NCBI RefSeq assembly: GCF_018350175.1
Contig: NC_058368.1
Location: forward strand, 220,598,001-220,662,000
Source of the DNA: Felis catus
Lineage: Eukaryota
Direction of reading: 5' to 3'
DNA length: 64,000 bases
Part shown: piece after piece, positions 13,184-26,112 of the stretch
Layout: every line of letters starts with the position of its first letter
Numbering within the stretch: the first letter of the stretch is position 1
Notes under the pieces: generated by a model
What the model saw: the letters and a program-made list of their open reading frames with translations, nothing else
Database searches by the model: none
What the model was told of the DNA's origin: nothing
Program-made: the position numbers and the translations under genes

Positions 13184-15085
13184 ATGAAAGAAGCCCAAGA
13201 GAAAAAGTCCTTAACCTATAAGGGAAAACAGATGAAGTTCACAGCAGACCTATACATAGAAACTTGGCAGGCCAGAAAGGAGTAGCAGGATATATTCAAT
13301 GTTCTGAATTATAAAAAAAAAATGAAGCCAAAAATTCTTTATCCAGCAAGGCTGTCATTCAGAATACAAGGATAGATAAAGAGTTTCCCAGACAAACAAA
13401 ATCTAAAGGAGTTTATTCTATTTTAGTATTTAATTTTTTTTAATTTTTAAATTTTTTCTTACCATTTTTTTTTCTTTCTTTTCTTTCCCTTTTTTCTCTA
13501 TTTCATCAAATTTCTTTCAACAAGCAGACAAAAACACACATAGGATCTAGCTTCCTTTATTTGATTTTTTGTTTAATTTTTAATTTTATTAATTTTTTTC
13601 TAAACCAGCTTTAACCCAGCCCTGCAAGAACTTTTAAAGGGGACTATTTGTGTGGAGAAAAGATGAAGCAAAACAAAAAAGACCAAAGCAACAACAAATG
13701 GAAAGGACCAGAGAATATCACCAGAAACACCAACTCCATAGGCAAAACAATGGCGCTAAATTTATATCTTTTAGTACTCACTCTAAATGTCAATGGACTA
13801 AATGCTCCAATCAAAAATACATAGAGTATTAGAATGGATAAGAAAACAAGACCCATCTATATGCTGTTTACAAGAGACCCATTTTAGACCTAAAGACACC
13901 TTCAGATTGAAAGAAAGGGGATAGTGAACCCTTTGTCATGCTAATGGTTGTCAAAAGAAAGTCAGAGTAGCCATACTTACATCAGACAATCTAGATTTTA
14001 AAATAAAGACTATAACAAGAGATGAAGAAGGGCATTATATCATAATTAAGGGGTCTATCCACCAAGAAGGTCTAACAGTTGAAAACATTTATGCCCCCAA
14101 TGTGGCGCATTAATCCTAGAGGAGAAAATAGGCAACAGCCTCTCTGACCTCAGTCATAGCAACTTCTTACTTGATGTGTCTCCAGAGGCAAGGGAAACAA
14201 AAGCAAAAATGAACTGTTGGGACCTCATCAAGACTAAACTCTTCTGCTCAGAGAAGGAAGCAATCAGCAAAACTAAAAGGCAACCAGTGGAATAGGAGAA
14301 GATATTTGCAAATAGCATATAAGATAAAGTGTTAGTATCCAAAATCTATAAAGAACTTATCAAACTCAACACCCAAAAAACAAATAATCCAGTGAAGAAA
14401 TGGGCAAAAGACAAGAATAGACACTTCTCCAAAGAAGATATCCAGATGGCCACAGACACATGAAAATATTCTCAATATCCTTCATCATCAGGGAAATACA
14501 TCAAAATTACAATGAGATACCACCTCACACCTGTCAGAATGGCTAAAATTTACAACTCAGGCAAAACAGATGTTGGCCAGGATATGCAGAAAGAGGAATT
14601 CTTTTGCATTGTTGGTGGGAATGCAAACTGGTGCAGCCACTCTGAAAAATAGTACAGAGGTTCCTCAAAAAATTAAAAACAGAACTATCATACAACCCAG
14701 CAATCACACTTCTAGGTATTTATCAAAAGGATACAGGGGTACTGTTTTGAAGGGGCACATGCACCCCAATATTTATAGCAGCGCTATTGACAATAGCCAA
14801 AGTAGGGAAAGAGCTCAAATGTCCATCAGCTGATGAATGGAGAAAGAAGATGTGATATATATATGTATATATATATATGTGTGTGTGTGTGTGTATATAC
14901 ATATACACATATATATACACATATGTATATATGTGTGTATACATATATATGTGTATACATATATATGTGTGTATATATATACATATATATATATATGTGT
15001 GTGTGTGTATATACATATACACATATATATACACATATGTATATATGTGTGTATACATATATATGTGTATACATATATATGTGTG

Positions 15086-15148
<63 letters not shown>

Positions 15149-15565
15149 GGAATACTACCTGACATCAAAAAGGATGAAATCTTGCAATTTGCACAACATG
15201 GATGGAACTAGGGTATATTATGCTGAAATAAGTCAGTCATAGAAAGACACATATCACATAATTTCACTCATATGTGGAATTTAAGATATTAAACAAGTGA
15301 ACATAAGGGAAGGGAAGCAAAAATAATATAAAAACTGAGAGGGAGACAAACCATAAGAGACTCTTAAATACATAGAATAAAGTCAGGGTTGCTGGTGGAG
15401 TTTCAGGTGGAGGGATCGGCTAAATGGGTGAAGGTCATTAAGGAGGACACTTAATGGGTGTTGGGATGAGCACTGGGTGTTATATGTAAGTGAGAATCAC
15501 TAAATTCTATTTCTGAAATCATTATTATACAATATGTTAACTGCCTTGGTTTTAAATTAAAAAAA
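11094..15565 (+). mobile_element. LINE-1 (carnivore/felid): 5' UTR, broken ORF1 (~12573-13660), ORF2 from 13750 with large internal deletion at ~14110, 3' UTR
   Basis: GGGGGAATTAGGAAGATGG start; ORF1 MSELEFKTTIIR, RILYPARLSF-like; EN motifs LNVNGLNAPIK, CCLQETH, NIYAPN; 3' UTR GTTGGGATGAGCACTGGGTGTT; many stops. Confidence 0.95.
14853..15148. repeat. Compound (TA/CA/TG)n repeat with ~114 bp higher-order duplication inside L1
   Basis: 38-aa period in the ORF-track translations equals a 114 bp unit present twice. Confidence 0.9.
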
Positions 15566-15789
15566 GATACAATCAGAGTTGGTAAAACTGGGGAACCTGT
15601 ACGTTTTAGAGAATATTGCCTCAACCATGCTGATTTCAGCGGTGGAGAGAGGAGGTATTGCATTTCTAATAGTATAAACCAGATACTTAAATCACATTCA
15701 CAAATGCTGTGTTAAACCTGCAACATCTGTAATGGAAAAAAAGAACAATAGTTTGGTTTTTAAATGCCATGTCATGCATTTTATTTTAT

Positions 15790-15960
15790 CATACCTGTAA
15801 TCATCAAGATATCCTTATGTGATAAATGTTTTAATAACCCATTTTAATGATGAGGAAACTGACACAGACAGTTTAAGGAACTTGGCCAATATTGTAAATG
15901 TAAGAAGTGGAAGAGTTGGGTCTCAACTTTAGTTTATCTGCCTCTAGTGCCTCTAGTCTC
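15790..15960 (-). mobile_element. MIR
   Basis: CCCATTTTAATGATGAGGAAACTGAC reverse MIR core. Confidence 0.75.
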
Positions 15961-16082
15961 TATCTTGCATTATAAGAGCATCAACAATATAATAGTTACC
16001 AATGGTAGAACATTTTTGAAAAAGCAAAACATAATTTCTACCCCTCCTTTGAAAATAAATAAATAAGAATTTTGAATGGAAC

Positions 16083-16126
<44 letters not shown>

Positions 16127-16280
16127 TATATACATATATACACATATATATTTATATGTATATATATACATATATACACATACACATACTCTGCATACAT
16201 ATATATACACACACACACACACACACATATATTATGTAATATATATAATGATGTATATATGTATACACATATACACATCA
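16083..16280. repeat. Compound (TA)/(CA) microsatellite
   Basis: Directly visible. Confidence 0.95.
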
Positions 16281-16469
16281 TTTTTTATTGTACAAATGCC
16301 CATCATTTTATTGTATAAATCCAGAATTGGATGCCATTAACAGTATGTTATTGATAACCAAACTTAAAGTCAAATGCCTTATACATGGCCACAGCATTGG
16401 GAAATCCTGACTATAGAAGCTTGTTATAAGGATTTGGCTTTCTGGGCCCATCCCTGGAAAGGAACACTA

Positions 16470-16515
16470 TTTTTTTAAGATTTTGTTTTATTTTTGAGAG
16501 AGCAGGGGAGGGGCA

Positions 16516-16575
<60 letters not shown>

Positions 16576-16697
16576 CCCAAGCAGGCTCTATTCCTAGTGT
16601 GGAGCCAAACACAGGGCTCGATCTCACAACTGTGAGATCCTGACTTAAGCTGAAATCAAGAGTCAGATGCTCAACCTATGAGCCACTCAGGTGACCC
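16470..16697 (-). mobile_element. Can-SINE with expanded (GA)n
   Basis: AGAATCCCAAGCAGGCTC..GAGCCACTCAGGTGACCC. Confidence 0.9.
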
Positions 16698-17174
16698 GAA
16701 AAAGAAATGTTTTTAAAAATTAAGTCCAAATCTAATGAGATACAATCAGTACACTTAATAAGAAAATGCCTTTCTCTTTTTCTGCTTGTGTTATGATAAG
16801 AGACTTACATATATTACATATATTTAGAACTCTTGCATATAATTGTAAAGACAAATACCTGGAGTTTTTAGGTGGTAGTATCATATCAAAATTATAAGAT
16901 AGCATTCATTCATTCATTCATTCATTCCTTGCTTGTTAAACACCACCCCCCCGACACACACCTTTTTTTAGGAGAGAAAAATCTTTCTTAAGTGTTAGGA
17001 ATTCATAAAGAAAAAAGGAGAATTCCTTGTCCTAATGAAAGGCAAGGGAAGTCTGCAGTTGGTCCTAACAAGTGTGCCCTGTGTGAGGGAGCTCAACATA
17101 AACCAGCGCTCAAAGGAACAACTGACTCTGGGTGCACCATAGGAATATGATAAGGATTCTGCATTTTTAGAAAA

Positions 17175-17380
17175 GAGTTTATTGTGAAATTCACATAACA
17201 TAAAATTCACCATTTTAAGGTAAATAATTCAGTGGCATTTAGTACACCCTATAATGTGCAACCACCACCTCTACCTATTTTCAAAGAATTTCTGTCACTA
17301 CAAAAGTAAAATTCCTTGCCCATTAAGCAATTTCTGTCCATTCACTCCTCCCTACAATATCTGGAAACCAGCATTCTGTC
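17175..17380 (-). mobile_element. Ancient L1M 3' end fragment
   Basis: AATTCACATAACATAAAATTCACCATTTTAAG..TTCAGTGGCATTTAGTAC. Confidence 0.75.
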
Positions 17381-19557
17381 TTCATCGTAATGATTTTGTG
17401 TTTTGACTGCAGATGTATCATGATATTTAAGTATTTCCTGAGAGGACTTTATCAGAACAGACAAAATATTTTAGCACATCTGGTAGAATGTCAGAACTGC
17501 CTACTTTGTAGACTAATAAATAGATGCTTAAGTTAGAGTATACTAGTGATTTTTTGAAACATTAGGCTATCAATTAGGCTATAAATTTGGGGGTTGACTA
17601 ATTGTTTTCATTGCATTTGCTTTTTTATGAAATATTTTTCCAATAACTGAGTTATCATCTGCAATTTTAAATTAAATCTGAAGGTTTTTTAGATACTAGT
17701 AAGTTGCTAACACTATCTTTATGTACTTAGGAAAAAAAATAGCTAAAGTATCACTACTACTTCCTACTCTCAGGGTGCTGAAAATCTCTAGCATAAATTC
17801 TAAGTCCCTTCTGGTATATAACGAATACCTGGCAATTTCCATCAATCTCCCTCATCAAAAGATCATAGCCTAAACTGATGAACCCAAATACTAAAATCAG
17901 AATAGCTTCTTTTCTTCTGATAATCATCTGCCATGTCTCATAATTATGGTTGTAAAGTAGTGTCTTTACTCGGTATATGAGTGTCCTTAAACCTACTGGA
18001 AATAAAATAAGTTTAGCTGTACTAGGCATATACCATTTCTTTTCTTTCTTTTCCTGTTTGTGTGTGAGTATGTGTGTGCAAGAGTGATTAGTTTTCTCTC
18101 AAAATAATTTATAAAATTCCCTCTGTGTGTGAGTTGAGCATATCATCCTTCAAATTTTATTTATAGGTTTGTTTTTCCTTGATATTTTAGTCCTTACAAC
18201 CATTTTTTATAAAAACATTTTGCATGTCACTTGTCAAAATAATTCAGCAGTTAATCACAAATATTGCACTGTCCAATATATTTGATAAATAATGTAACAC
18301 ATAAATGAAGTCACATAAAGAGGAAAGATAGGCTGACCAGAAACCTAATCTTTTCATAAGAGAATTTTATAATAATAAAATTAGCAGACACAATGGACAA
18401 AACATAGTTTAATTCCCATAAAATAAGTTTTCCTAGGATATATCTGTGTAATTCATGCATATCGAACGGGTAGTTGGAATGTATATGGTACTGATCAAAG
18501 CTTTACATTTTTGTTTTATAAAATTTTGCGATTGATAGCCTAACACGGAATTGAAGATCAATTTCACTTAATTCTTTGTTTTACTTGATAAAAGCTCTCA
18601 CTACAAACTATTTTTATTCTCTACATACAAACTTAATTACAGAATACATTACAATAAGAGACATGTAATTAACTAACCAACATGAAAAATATTGTAAACT
18701 ATTGAATGAGAGAGGATGAATGCTTAGCATTTATATATCAGAAATGTGCCTCCCAGACCTTGACAAGTGATTTTAGGCACATATGATTGTTCTGGGTCAA
18801 TTCCTGCTAGAAAACATCGATGAATCCTTGAGTTTATTGGGTAGATTCTTAGGCTTATTGGAGAAGATTAATTTGTAATCCATTTTAATGTGGGCACTTT
18901 ATTTAGCAGAGAGAAAATCTCAGCATTGAAAGAAAGTTAGACACAGCAAGAAGGGTGTCATTGGAAAGGTGTAACTCAAGGAGGCAAGGGTTAGTAAAGG
19001 GTCATACTTTGAGGATAACAGGAATCTACATACGTTAGATTAGCTGTCCAGTAGAAACCTCTCAAGAAGTAAGACTCTTAAATGTGAGTTGGAATCAAGT
19101 TACTGATAAGATCAAGGTCTTCGTTCTTCAGAAAGCTTCCAACCTACAAAATTAAATAAGCTTTAAACTTGATAATTGTACCATGATATGAATGTGATGA
19201 AATGAGGAAGTATGATAATTAAACATCAAGGACAAATGGAAGGTGACAGTCATTTTGGAAACTAGAAAAGAGAGCTAAGAGTGATATTATGCATCTGTGC
19301 CTCCAGCAGACCTGTTAAAGGAAATAAGACGTTTTATCTGGGTGGATAGGAGTATTCTAGTTGCTGGAGAATGGCTAATCTATATTGAAGAAAGGAGTTC
19401 ATTAGATAGAATTATGGAATGTTATTTAGACTTGTCAAATATATTTCTCTTTTTTCTATTTACTACATTTCCCTATAACCTCAGTGACATAGAAAAAAAA
19501 TGGGAAAATATTCTCAATTTATTGTACCACTCAAGTGTGTACCTACAAAAATTATTA

Positions 19558-19770
19558 GGGGCCCTAGGTGGCTCAATCGGTTAAATCTCCAAATTCAGCT
19601 CAGGTCATGATTTCATAGTTCATGAGTTCGAGCCCCATGTCAGACTTTGTGCTGACAGCTCGGAGCCTGGAGCCTGCTTCAGATTCTGTGTCTCCCTCTC
19701 TTTCTGCTCCCCAACCCTCTCTCTTTCTCTCTATCTCTCAAAAATAAATAGAAAACATTAAAATTTTTTT
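19558..19770 (+). mobile_element. Can-SINE
   Basis: Full head, body and tail. Confidence 0.93.
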
Positions 19771-20640
19771 TAGTTATTAAAAAGTTTATCTCTGGCTAGA
19801 AATGCTCTAAAATGCTATATTATGCATGAAAATTATAAGAAGGAATGTCATTTACCAAAATACGAGCATTGCATATAACATTAGACAGTCAAATATAACA
19901 TGCAATAATAATTTATACATATATGTATTATTTTATGAAAGTTGCTTGAAATGATAAAAGGGGTATTAGCAATAAAGGTTAAGCAAAAACTGAATACTGA
20001 AACATGGCTAAGAGTAAAATGTATCTGGAACATAAAATCTCTTCTAAACGCAGGGGACCCAGACTAGAGAAAGATGAGAGAGGAGGCATCTAAACTGATA
20101 GGGGGAAATCTTACATGGAGGTAAAATCTGGTATCTGCCATGGGTGGATTTTTTGTGACACCTAAGTTTTTGTAGCCTTCTTTAAGAAAAATGTTACAAA
20201 ATTAAAAATATAAAATTCATATACAAAAGTAAATAGACTGAGAAAAAGAAATCATAATATTATGAATTTTAAAAGTTAGCTAATACCAAAATTATCACAA
20301 AATATAAAATAATGGTATGAGGTTTTTATTATGCAAGGATTTGACATATCTCCTATAATTTCTCTATATTTTTGGCTGCATGATTCTAATTTCTTCAAGT
20401 GAAAATATTTTGCAAGATGGTGTAAAATATAAAGAAAATAAAGATACTTCATTTTTTTTGTTTTAGTATTATTAATTATTTGATTACCTAGAAATTTATT
20501 GTGGCTTGCTAACTAGTTATGAATAATGTTGTGCTAAAATATACTTAATACCTTGACATGCTTAAAAATTTCCACTCATATAGATATGCTTCCTGCTTGC
20601 TACAATTTGTGCCATACAAACAGGAATTCTGCTCAATCTA

Positions 20641-20855
20641 TTTTTTTTAATGTTTATTTATTTTTGATGGGGGGGGGGGGGAACAGAGCATGAGCGGGGG
20701 AGGGGCAGAGAGAGTGAGAGACACAGAATCCGAAGCAGGCTCCAGGCTCTGGGATATCAGCACAGAGCCCCAGGCGGGGCTCAAACTCACAGAGAGCAAG
20801 ATCATGACCTGAGCCGAAGTCCGACGCTCAACGGACTGAGCCACCCAAGCGCCCC
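20641..20855 (-). mobile_element. Can-SINE (SINEC_Fc-type)
   Basis: Full element; TSD TGCTCAATCTATTTTT at 20630 and 20856. Confidence 0.95.
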
Positions 20856-20904
20856 TGCTCAATCTATTTTTGATGGCTGTCTCAATTAAAAAGAGAGAAG
20901 GACG

Positions 20905-21146
20905 GGGGCGCCTGGGTGGCGCAGTCGGTTAAGCGTCCGACTTCAGCCAGGTCACGATCTCGCGGTCCATGAGTTCCAGCCCCGTGTCAGGCTCTGGGCT
21001 GATGGCTCAGAGCCTGGAGCCTGTTTCCGATTCTGTGTCTCTCTCTCTCTGACCCTCCCCCATTCATGCTCTGTCTCTCTCTGTCCCAAAAATAAATAAA
21101 TCTTGAAAAAAAGAAATTAAAAAAAAAAAAATAAAATAAAATAAAA
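20905..21146 (+). mobile_element. Young felid SINEC_Fc
   Basis: GGGGCGCCTGGGTGGCGCAGTCGGTTAAGCGTCCGACTTCAGCCAGGTCACG; AAAAAGAGAGA flanking repeats. Confidence 0.95.
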
Positions 21147-21258
21147 AGAGAGAGACAGAGAGAAACTAACAGGGAAGACCTTTTTTTAGTGGTACTCATG
21201 AAAATACCATTGTAGGCTTACAATTCTATATAACTAGTGATTAGAAGACTTTTCCCCA

Positions 21259-21461
21259 GGGACACCTGGGTGCTCAGTTGGTTAAGCATCCAACTTCGGC
21301 TCAGGTCATGATCTTACAGTTTGTGGGTTCAAAACCTGTCTCAGTCTCTGTGCTGACAGCTCAGAGCCTGGAGCCTGCTTCGGATTCTGTGTCTCCCTCT
21401 CTCTGCCCCTCCCCCACTCACACTTCCCCCCCCCCCAAAAATAAACATTAAAAAAATTTTT
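21259..21461 (+). mobile_element. Can-SINE
   Basis: Full head, body and tail. Confidence 0.93.
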
Positions 21462-23099
21462 AAGAATTTTTCACAGACATAGTTACTGATCTAGTACATT
21501 TAAAAATATATTTCTTCTCTACTACCCAGCTGCTTTCAATGTGTTTACATTACAACCAATTATTTTAGTTTGGTATCACAATATGAAGTCAGGTGAGTTG
21601 GTAATGTGGAGTCAGAAATATTCCTAGGATGGAATGGATAACAGTAATTTAAATACACATGCCAATGATTGTGAGATACATAATTATATCCAAAAAAACC
21701 CAAACTAAATTAAAAATAGTCTCCTAAATGCAACTTTCTCTTAATGAAATCCCCAAATGAGGCTTGGCTACCCCGACATCAACCAAACTGAGGGCATATA
21801 CAGTAGAAGAGAAGCCATGTGGAGAGATACATTGGTATAAAGCTTTTTGTAGATGCAATGTGTTACATTTACAGATTTTATGTTTTTAAGAAATTATGAC
21901 ATGAGTACATAACAAGGCCCATTCCAAGGGCCTTGTTCCCTTGTGCTGGGATCACAGTGAGCAACTACATGGAACACATCCATGTAGCTCCATGAGAAAT
22001 TCCACTCTCCACCTAGCTCAGGCTTGTCATAATATCTATGGACATCACAGCAATTAGAAGTACATTCTTTCCTTTCCCCATAATCTCATCTCTCCCTCTC
22101 TCTCCCACCCTCTCTCTCCTCTCTTTCTCCAAAATGGAAATAGAAATGGGAAGATTGACAAAAACATTTTTAATGAAGAATAAACTCTATCTTTTCATCG
22201 TATTTCCTAATCTACACCAATTTATTACATGGGAAATGAGAATGGTTCATATGTGATTGAATTACCCAATCAAAGGGATCATGTATAGTACCTACAAATT
22301 CTTCCATTTCTTAAATAAAGTGAAGCTCCTGGATATGGATAGTGTGAATAAATTTTCAAAAATCAGATAATAATGGCTGAGCGATGCTGAGTGATACATG
22401 TTACAAAGTTCATACTTATGTCATTATAGTATCAGATTTTGGAAATGATCCCAGGGTCAAATTTAAAAAAAACTCTTACCCAACACTGATATAAGAACAA
22501 CTCTGAGTGGAGGTATTTCTACAAATAAATAGAACTATGATAAAATTACTGCTTAAGATCTATGAACTATTGTTCAAAAAAAATAAACTTGGGTGACTCA
22601 TTTCTTATTCATTTCTTATTATTTTGAGAACCAAAGAGAATGAAAATGCATCTCTGTCTCTAAAATTTTCACAAGGTTGAAAAAAAATGAAATCTGTACT
22701 TTTAAAAGAACTAAACTGCTAAGGCCATTGGTAGGATGATAGATGTACCTTCTATCCTACAAAATAATAAAATAAGGAATACTCTCTGCTATTGCAGTGA
22801 TTCAATTCCAACCTCTTTTGTTTTAGGTGCACTGAGTAGACAACGGTTCTACTTAAACTTTAGGTATATGTGTAACCATTGATACCCATACTATTTGTCA
22901 TACCTGTTGTGTATGCATATGCTTATACATATAAACATGTACACAGATGTATACATCTGTATTAATTCAAAGGGCTTTATAACAGAAATAGTGTCATGAA
23001 TTCATTCCCAAGTCAAAGATTCAACACAAACACACAAAAAAATGTCTTTTTTCAATTGAAAAGTATTTCTGATGCAAATGTATACCATTGTAATAGTCA

Positions 23100-23215
23100 C
23101 TGCAGTTTGATTTTATCCCTTTATTGGGTGGAAGTCTGATTACATAGACAAATTTTCCAAGGCCACATGTCAAGTAAACAGCAGAGCTGAGGTCCAAAAT
23201 CAGACTTAAATTGCT
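23100..23215 (-). mobile_element. MIR fragment
   Basis: CCAAGGCCACATGTCAAGTAAACAGCAGAGCTGAGG reverse MIR. Confidence 0.6.
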
Positions 23216-23309
23216 TAACTTATATTTCACTACATAATAGCCCACTTTCAGATGTGGTTTTTTGTTTTTTGTTTGTTTTTTTTTTTTTTTCCTGGAATTG
23301 GTATACTCC

Positions 23310-23700
23310 ATGAACCATCCATGGGCCTATGCTTTTATATGAGTCCTGATGTACCCTTCTCTTTGGAAGAGTCAACATCCCAGAAACATTGATTGGCACA
23401 AGGCTTACACTATGATTTGTTTTGGTCAATTAAATGTAGGGAAAGTAACATATACCAATTCCCAGCAGAAGTTTTAAGTTTCAGTTTTAGATTCTCTGGG
23501 TATCTCCTCTCTCTCTGCCTGAAGACTGAATATATTCCAGATAGGATTCTTCCACCTGAATTCGAAAGTAATGCCCCATGGAGGAGAGCCACAGCTGACC
23601 TACCATGAACAGGTAATTAATAGAGAAATGAACCTTGATTACTTTAAGCCATTTTTTAGCATTATCTCTTACTGTACCATAACTTGGCATGAATTTATGA
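23310..23700 (+). mobile_element. Old MLT1-type MaLR LTR
   Basis: TGATTTGTTTTGGTCAAT..CCAATTCCCAGCAGAAGTTTTAAG..GAGAAATGAACCTTGATTACTTTAAGCCA. Confidence 0.65.
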
Positions 23701-25679
23701 TATGGAATTGTAAAATGTTACAATAGATTATTATATTTTGGGGAATAATTTAAGTAGAAAAGAAGAATGACTAAAGTTGATAAGGCATTCCTTTAATATC
23801 ACAGACTTTTAAACTCAAACTTCTCTTTGATTTAACTGAGCTACTATCTTATAAATTGTCTACAAATGTGTGCATTTTCACCGTAATAAATCCTGCATGC
23901 TTTTCAAAGAATGAAACTCAAATAATCACCATTTCATCGCCTAAGATGCCCTTGCCATATGGTAAGTGCAAATGTTTCCAGAGCAGCAAATGTTCTGTCA
24001 GGGAGTCTCACTGATGTTTTGATTGGATTGCTCTATTATCTGAACACGTCTGCCAAAAGAAAACACCTGCACAGTAAAGAGTATACAGAGGTTGCCAGGC
24101 GGCAACAGCGGAAGGAAAGTCAAGTGTATGCTGATAAGTTACCTGTCATCCTCAGATCTACCGAGTAGGTTATGATGGATGCCTTTGCGTGAACAATGTC
24201 GTACAATAACTTTTATACACGAATAAGAGCCTTATGACCTTGGAAATCCAATAGAAAATTGGACTCCAGATAAAGAACAATGAACATCCAGGGTTTTTGC
24301 TACGAAGTCTCTTCTTAGAAGATATTAAAACATAACTGGCAAAAAAAGAGCAATGAATGTTCTTTCTTTCACAGTTTCTCTTTCGCCTTCCAAGATTCTT
24401 CAAACAGATTATAGGATTTTAACGTAATTTATTCAAAAAATATCATTTTCGGGTTTTCTAAATGCAATAGAAGTAGGAATTAGAATTTGGAGAAAAGCAT
24501 TTTGCAAGATATGCTTGGTCACTATTACTTGGCTTTCTCGAATTATAAAGGTTTTTTGAACTATAGAAAAAAGTATATTAAGGCAAATCATGAGTAAATG
24601 ATTATCAATATGATATCACCTTATTTGTATTATTAGCCCAGATTTTTCCTGTCAAGAATTACAGTAAAAGTAGACACCCCAGGGATTTTAAGCACCTCCC
24701 CCAATGTACATACACATAGCTAATCTTATTACTACAAGTAGTTAACTTTTAACTTAAATTTCTGTTCCCTGTCTTTACAGCAGAAGCTGGAAAATAAAGA
24801 TTTACTTTTACTTGCTCATGAAAAATTCAAGCTGCTTTACTATTTAATATAAAAATACAATAAGAAATTCAAATTCTACCATAACATCAACTAAGACCTT
24901 TCTCAATGCCAGAAACCTGGTTGACTCAAAAACAGCAAAGTAACAGCTGTATACACTGTCTTCATATCTTCTCCGAATTAAACTTTTAAAAAACCACTTT
25001 TTAAATTATATGCCTGATGTTAAGTATTTGCAGAGCCTACATACTATGAAAATAATTCCACAAATAGTCTGATACTTTTTCCATGGTAAGTATAAAATAA
25101 CAAGAGAAAGATATTCGCTCTGATTTTCTAATTCAATTATATCATAAAAACTCATTGTGTACTTCAAAAATAAATTAACTCAAGATGTTACTCAACACTC
25201 CATCTGCTATATTGCCTTAAATGCATTCCATGGAACCTGGATAAGTTTAAGTGATTTTCCATCAAAAGCCAAGGGCTGTTTTTTAATGTTCGACTTTGTT
25301 TCAGAAACGACCTCATAAACTCTTTGATGTTTTTTTTTTCTTTCCTTCTTTCTTTCTCTTCCTGTATGAAGGAAAAATATACTGCAAAATGTTCTTACCT
25401 GCTGTCTTTTATGTAAATTACTTCTGATTGTAGTTTGGAACTTTTAAAGAAAATGAAGCTCACACCACATTCTCACAATGCAAGAAGATACTTTTAGAAG
25501 GAATAGTAGAAATATCCAAAATTGATTTCCTCTATTATTTTCTTGTACTTTCTATTATTCATAGGCATGAACTACTGTATATAAAAGATATATTATTCAA
25601 AAAACAGTTTTAAATATGTTGTTCAATGTGTTTTCTTCTAAATAAAGATCATGACCTTATTCAAAAGATTATGTGGGGT

Positions 25680-26112
25680 GGGGATGCCTGAGTGGCTCAG
25701 TTGGTTAAGCCTCCACTCTTGATTTCCACTCAGGTCATGATGTTATGGTTCTTGAGATCAAGGCCCATATTGGGCTCTGAGCTGACAGCATGGAGCCTGC
25801 TTGGGATTTTCACTCTCCCTCTCTCTGCCCACTTGCACCTTCTTTCTGCCTCTCTCTCAAGATAAACAAACATAGAAAAAGAAAAGATTGGGGCGCCTGG
25901 GTGGCTCAGTCAGTTAAGTGTCCGACTTTGGCTCAGGTCATGATCTCATGGTTCACTAGTTCAAGCCCCGCATCGGGCTCTGTGCTGACAGCTCGGAGCC
26001 TGGAGCCTGCTTCTGATTCTCTGTCTCCCTCTCTCTCTGACCCTCCCCCCATTCATGCTCTCTGTCTCAAAAGTAAATAAACGTTAAAAAAATTTAAAAA
26101 AAAAAAGAAAGA
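25680..26112 (+). mobile_element. Two tandem Can-SINEs (25680-25889, 25890-26112)
   Basis: Two heads; AAAAGATT recurs before, between and after. Confidence 0.93.

Larger units (their letters stand above)
20139..22009. mobile_element. Ancient hAT-Tip100 DNA transposon (Zaphod/MER115-like) interrupted by three SINEs
   Basis: Imperfect terminal inverted repeats CATGGGTGGATTT / AAATTCCACTCTC; minus-strand TLFITS*QATINF resembles the hAT dimerisation motif; similarity to recalled consensus on both sides of the SINEs. Confidence 0.6.

Noticed and set aside
14723..16318. Many 80-124 aa Y/I/H/T/C-rich ORFs
   Set aside because: Translations of TA/CA microsatellites
20647..21199. GAWVAQSV.. ORFs and tRNA-like A/B boxes (also at 25790, 42645, 50749, 55460)
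   Set aside because: tRNA-derived Can-SINE heads, not tRNA genes or proteins
24170..24403. ORFs in the CpG-retaining patch as coding exons
   Set aside because: Short, no recognisable homology, no coherent splice boundaries
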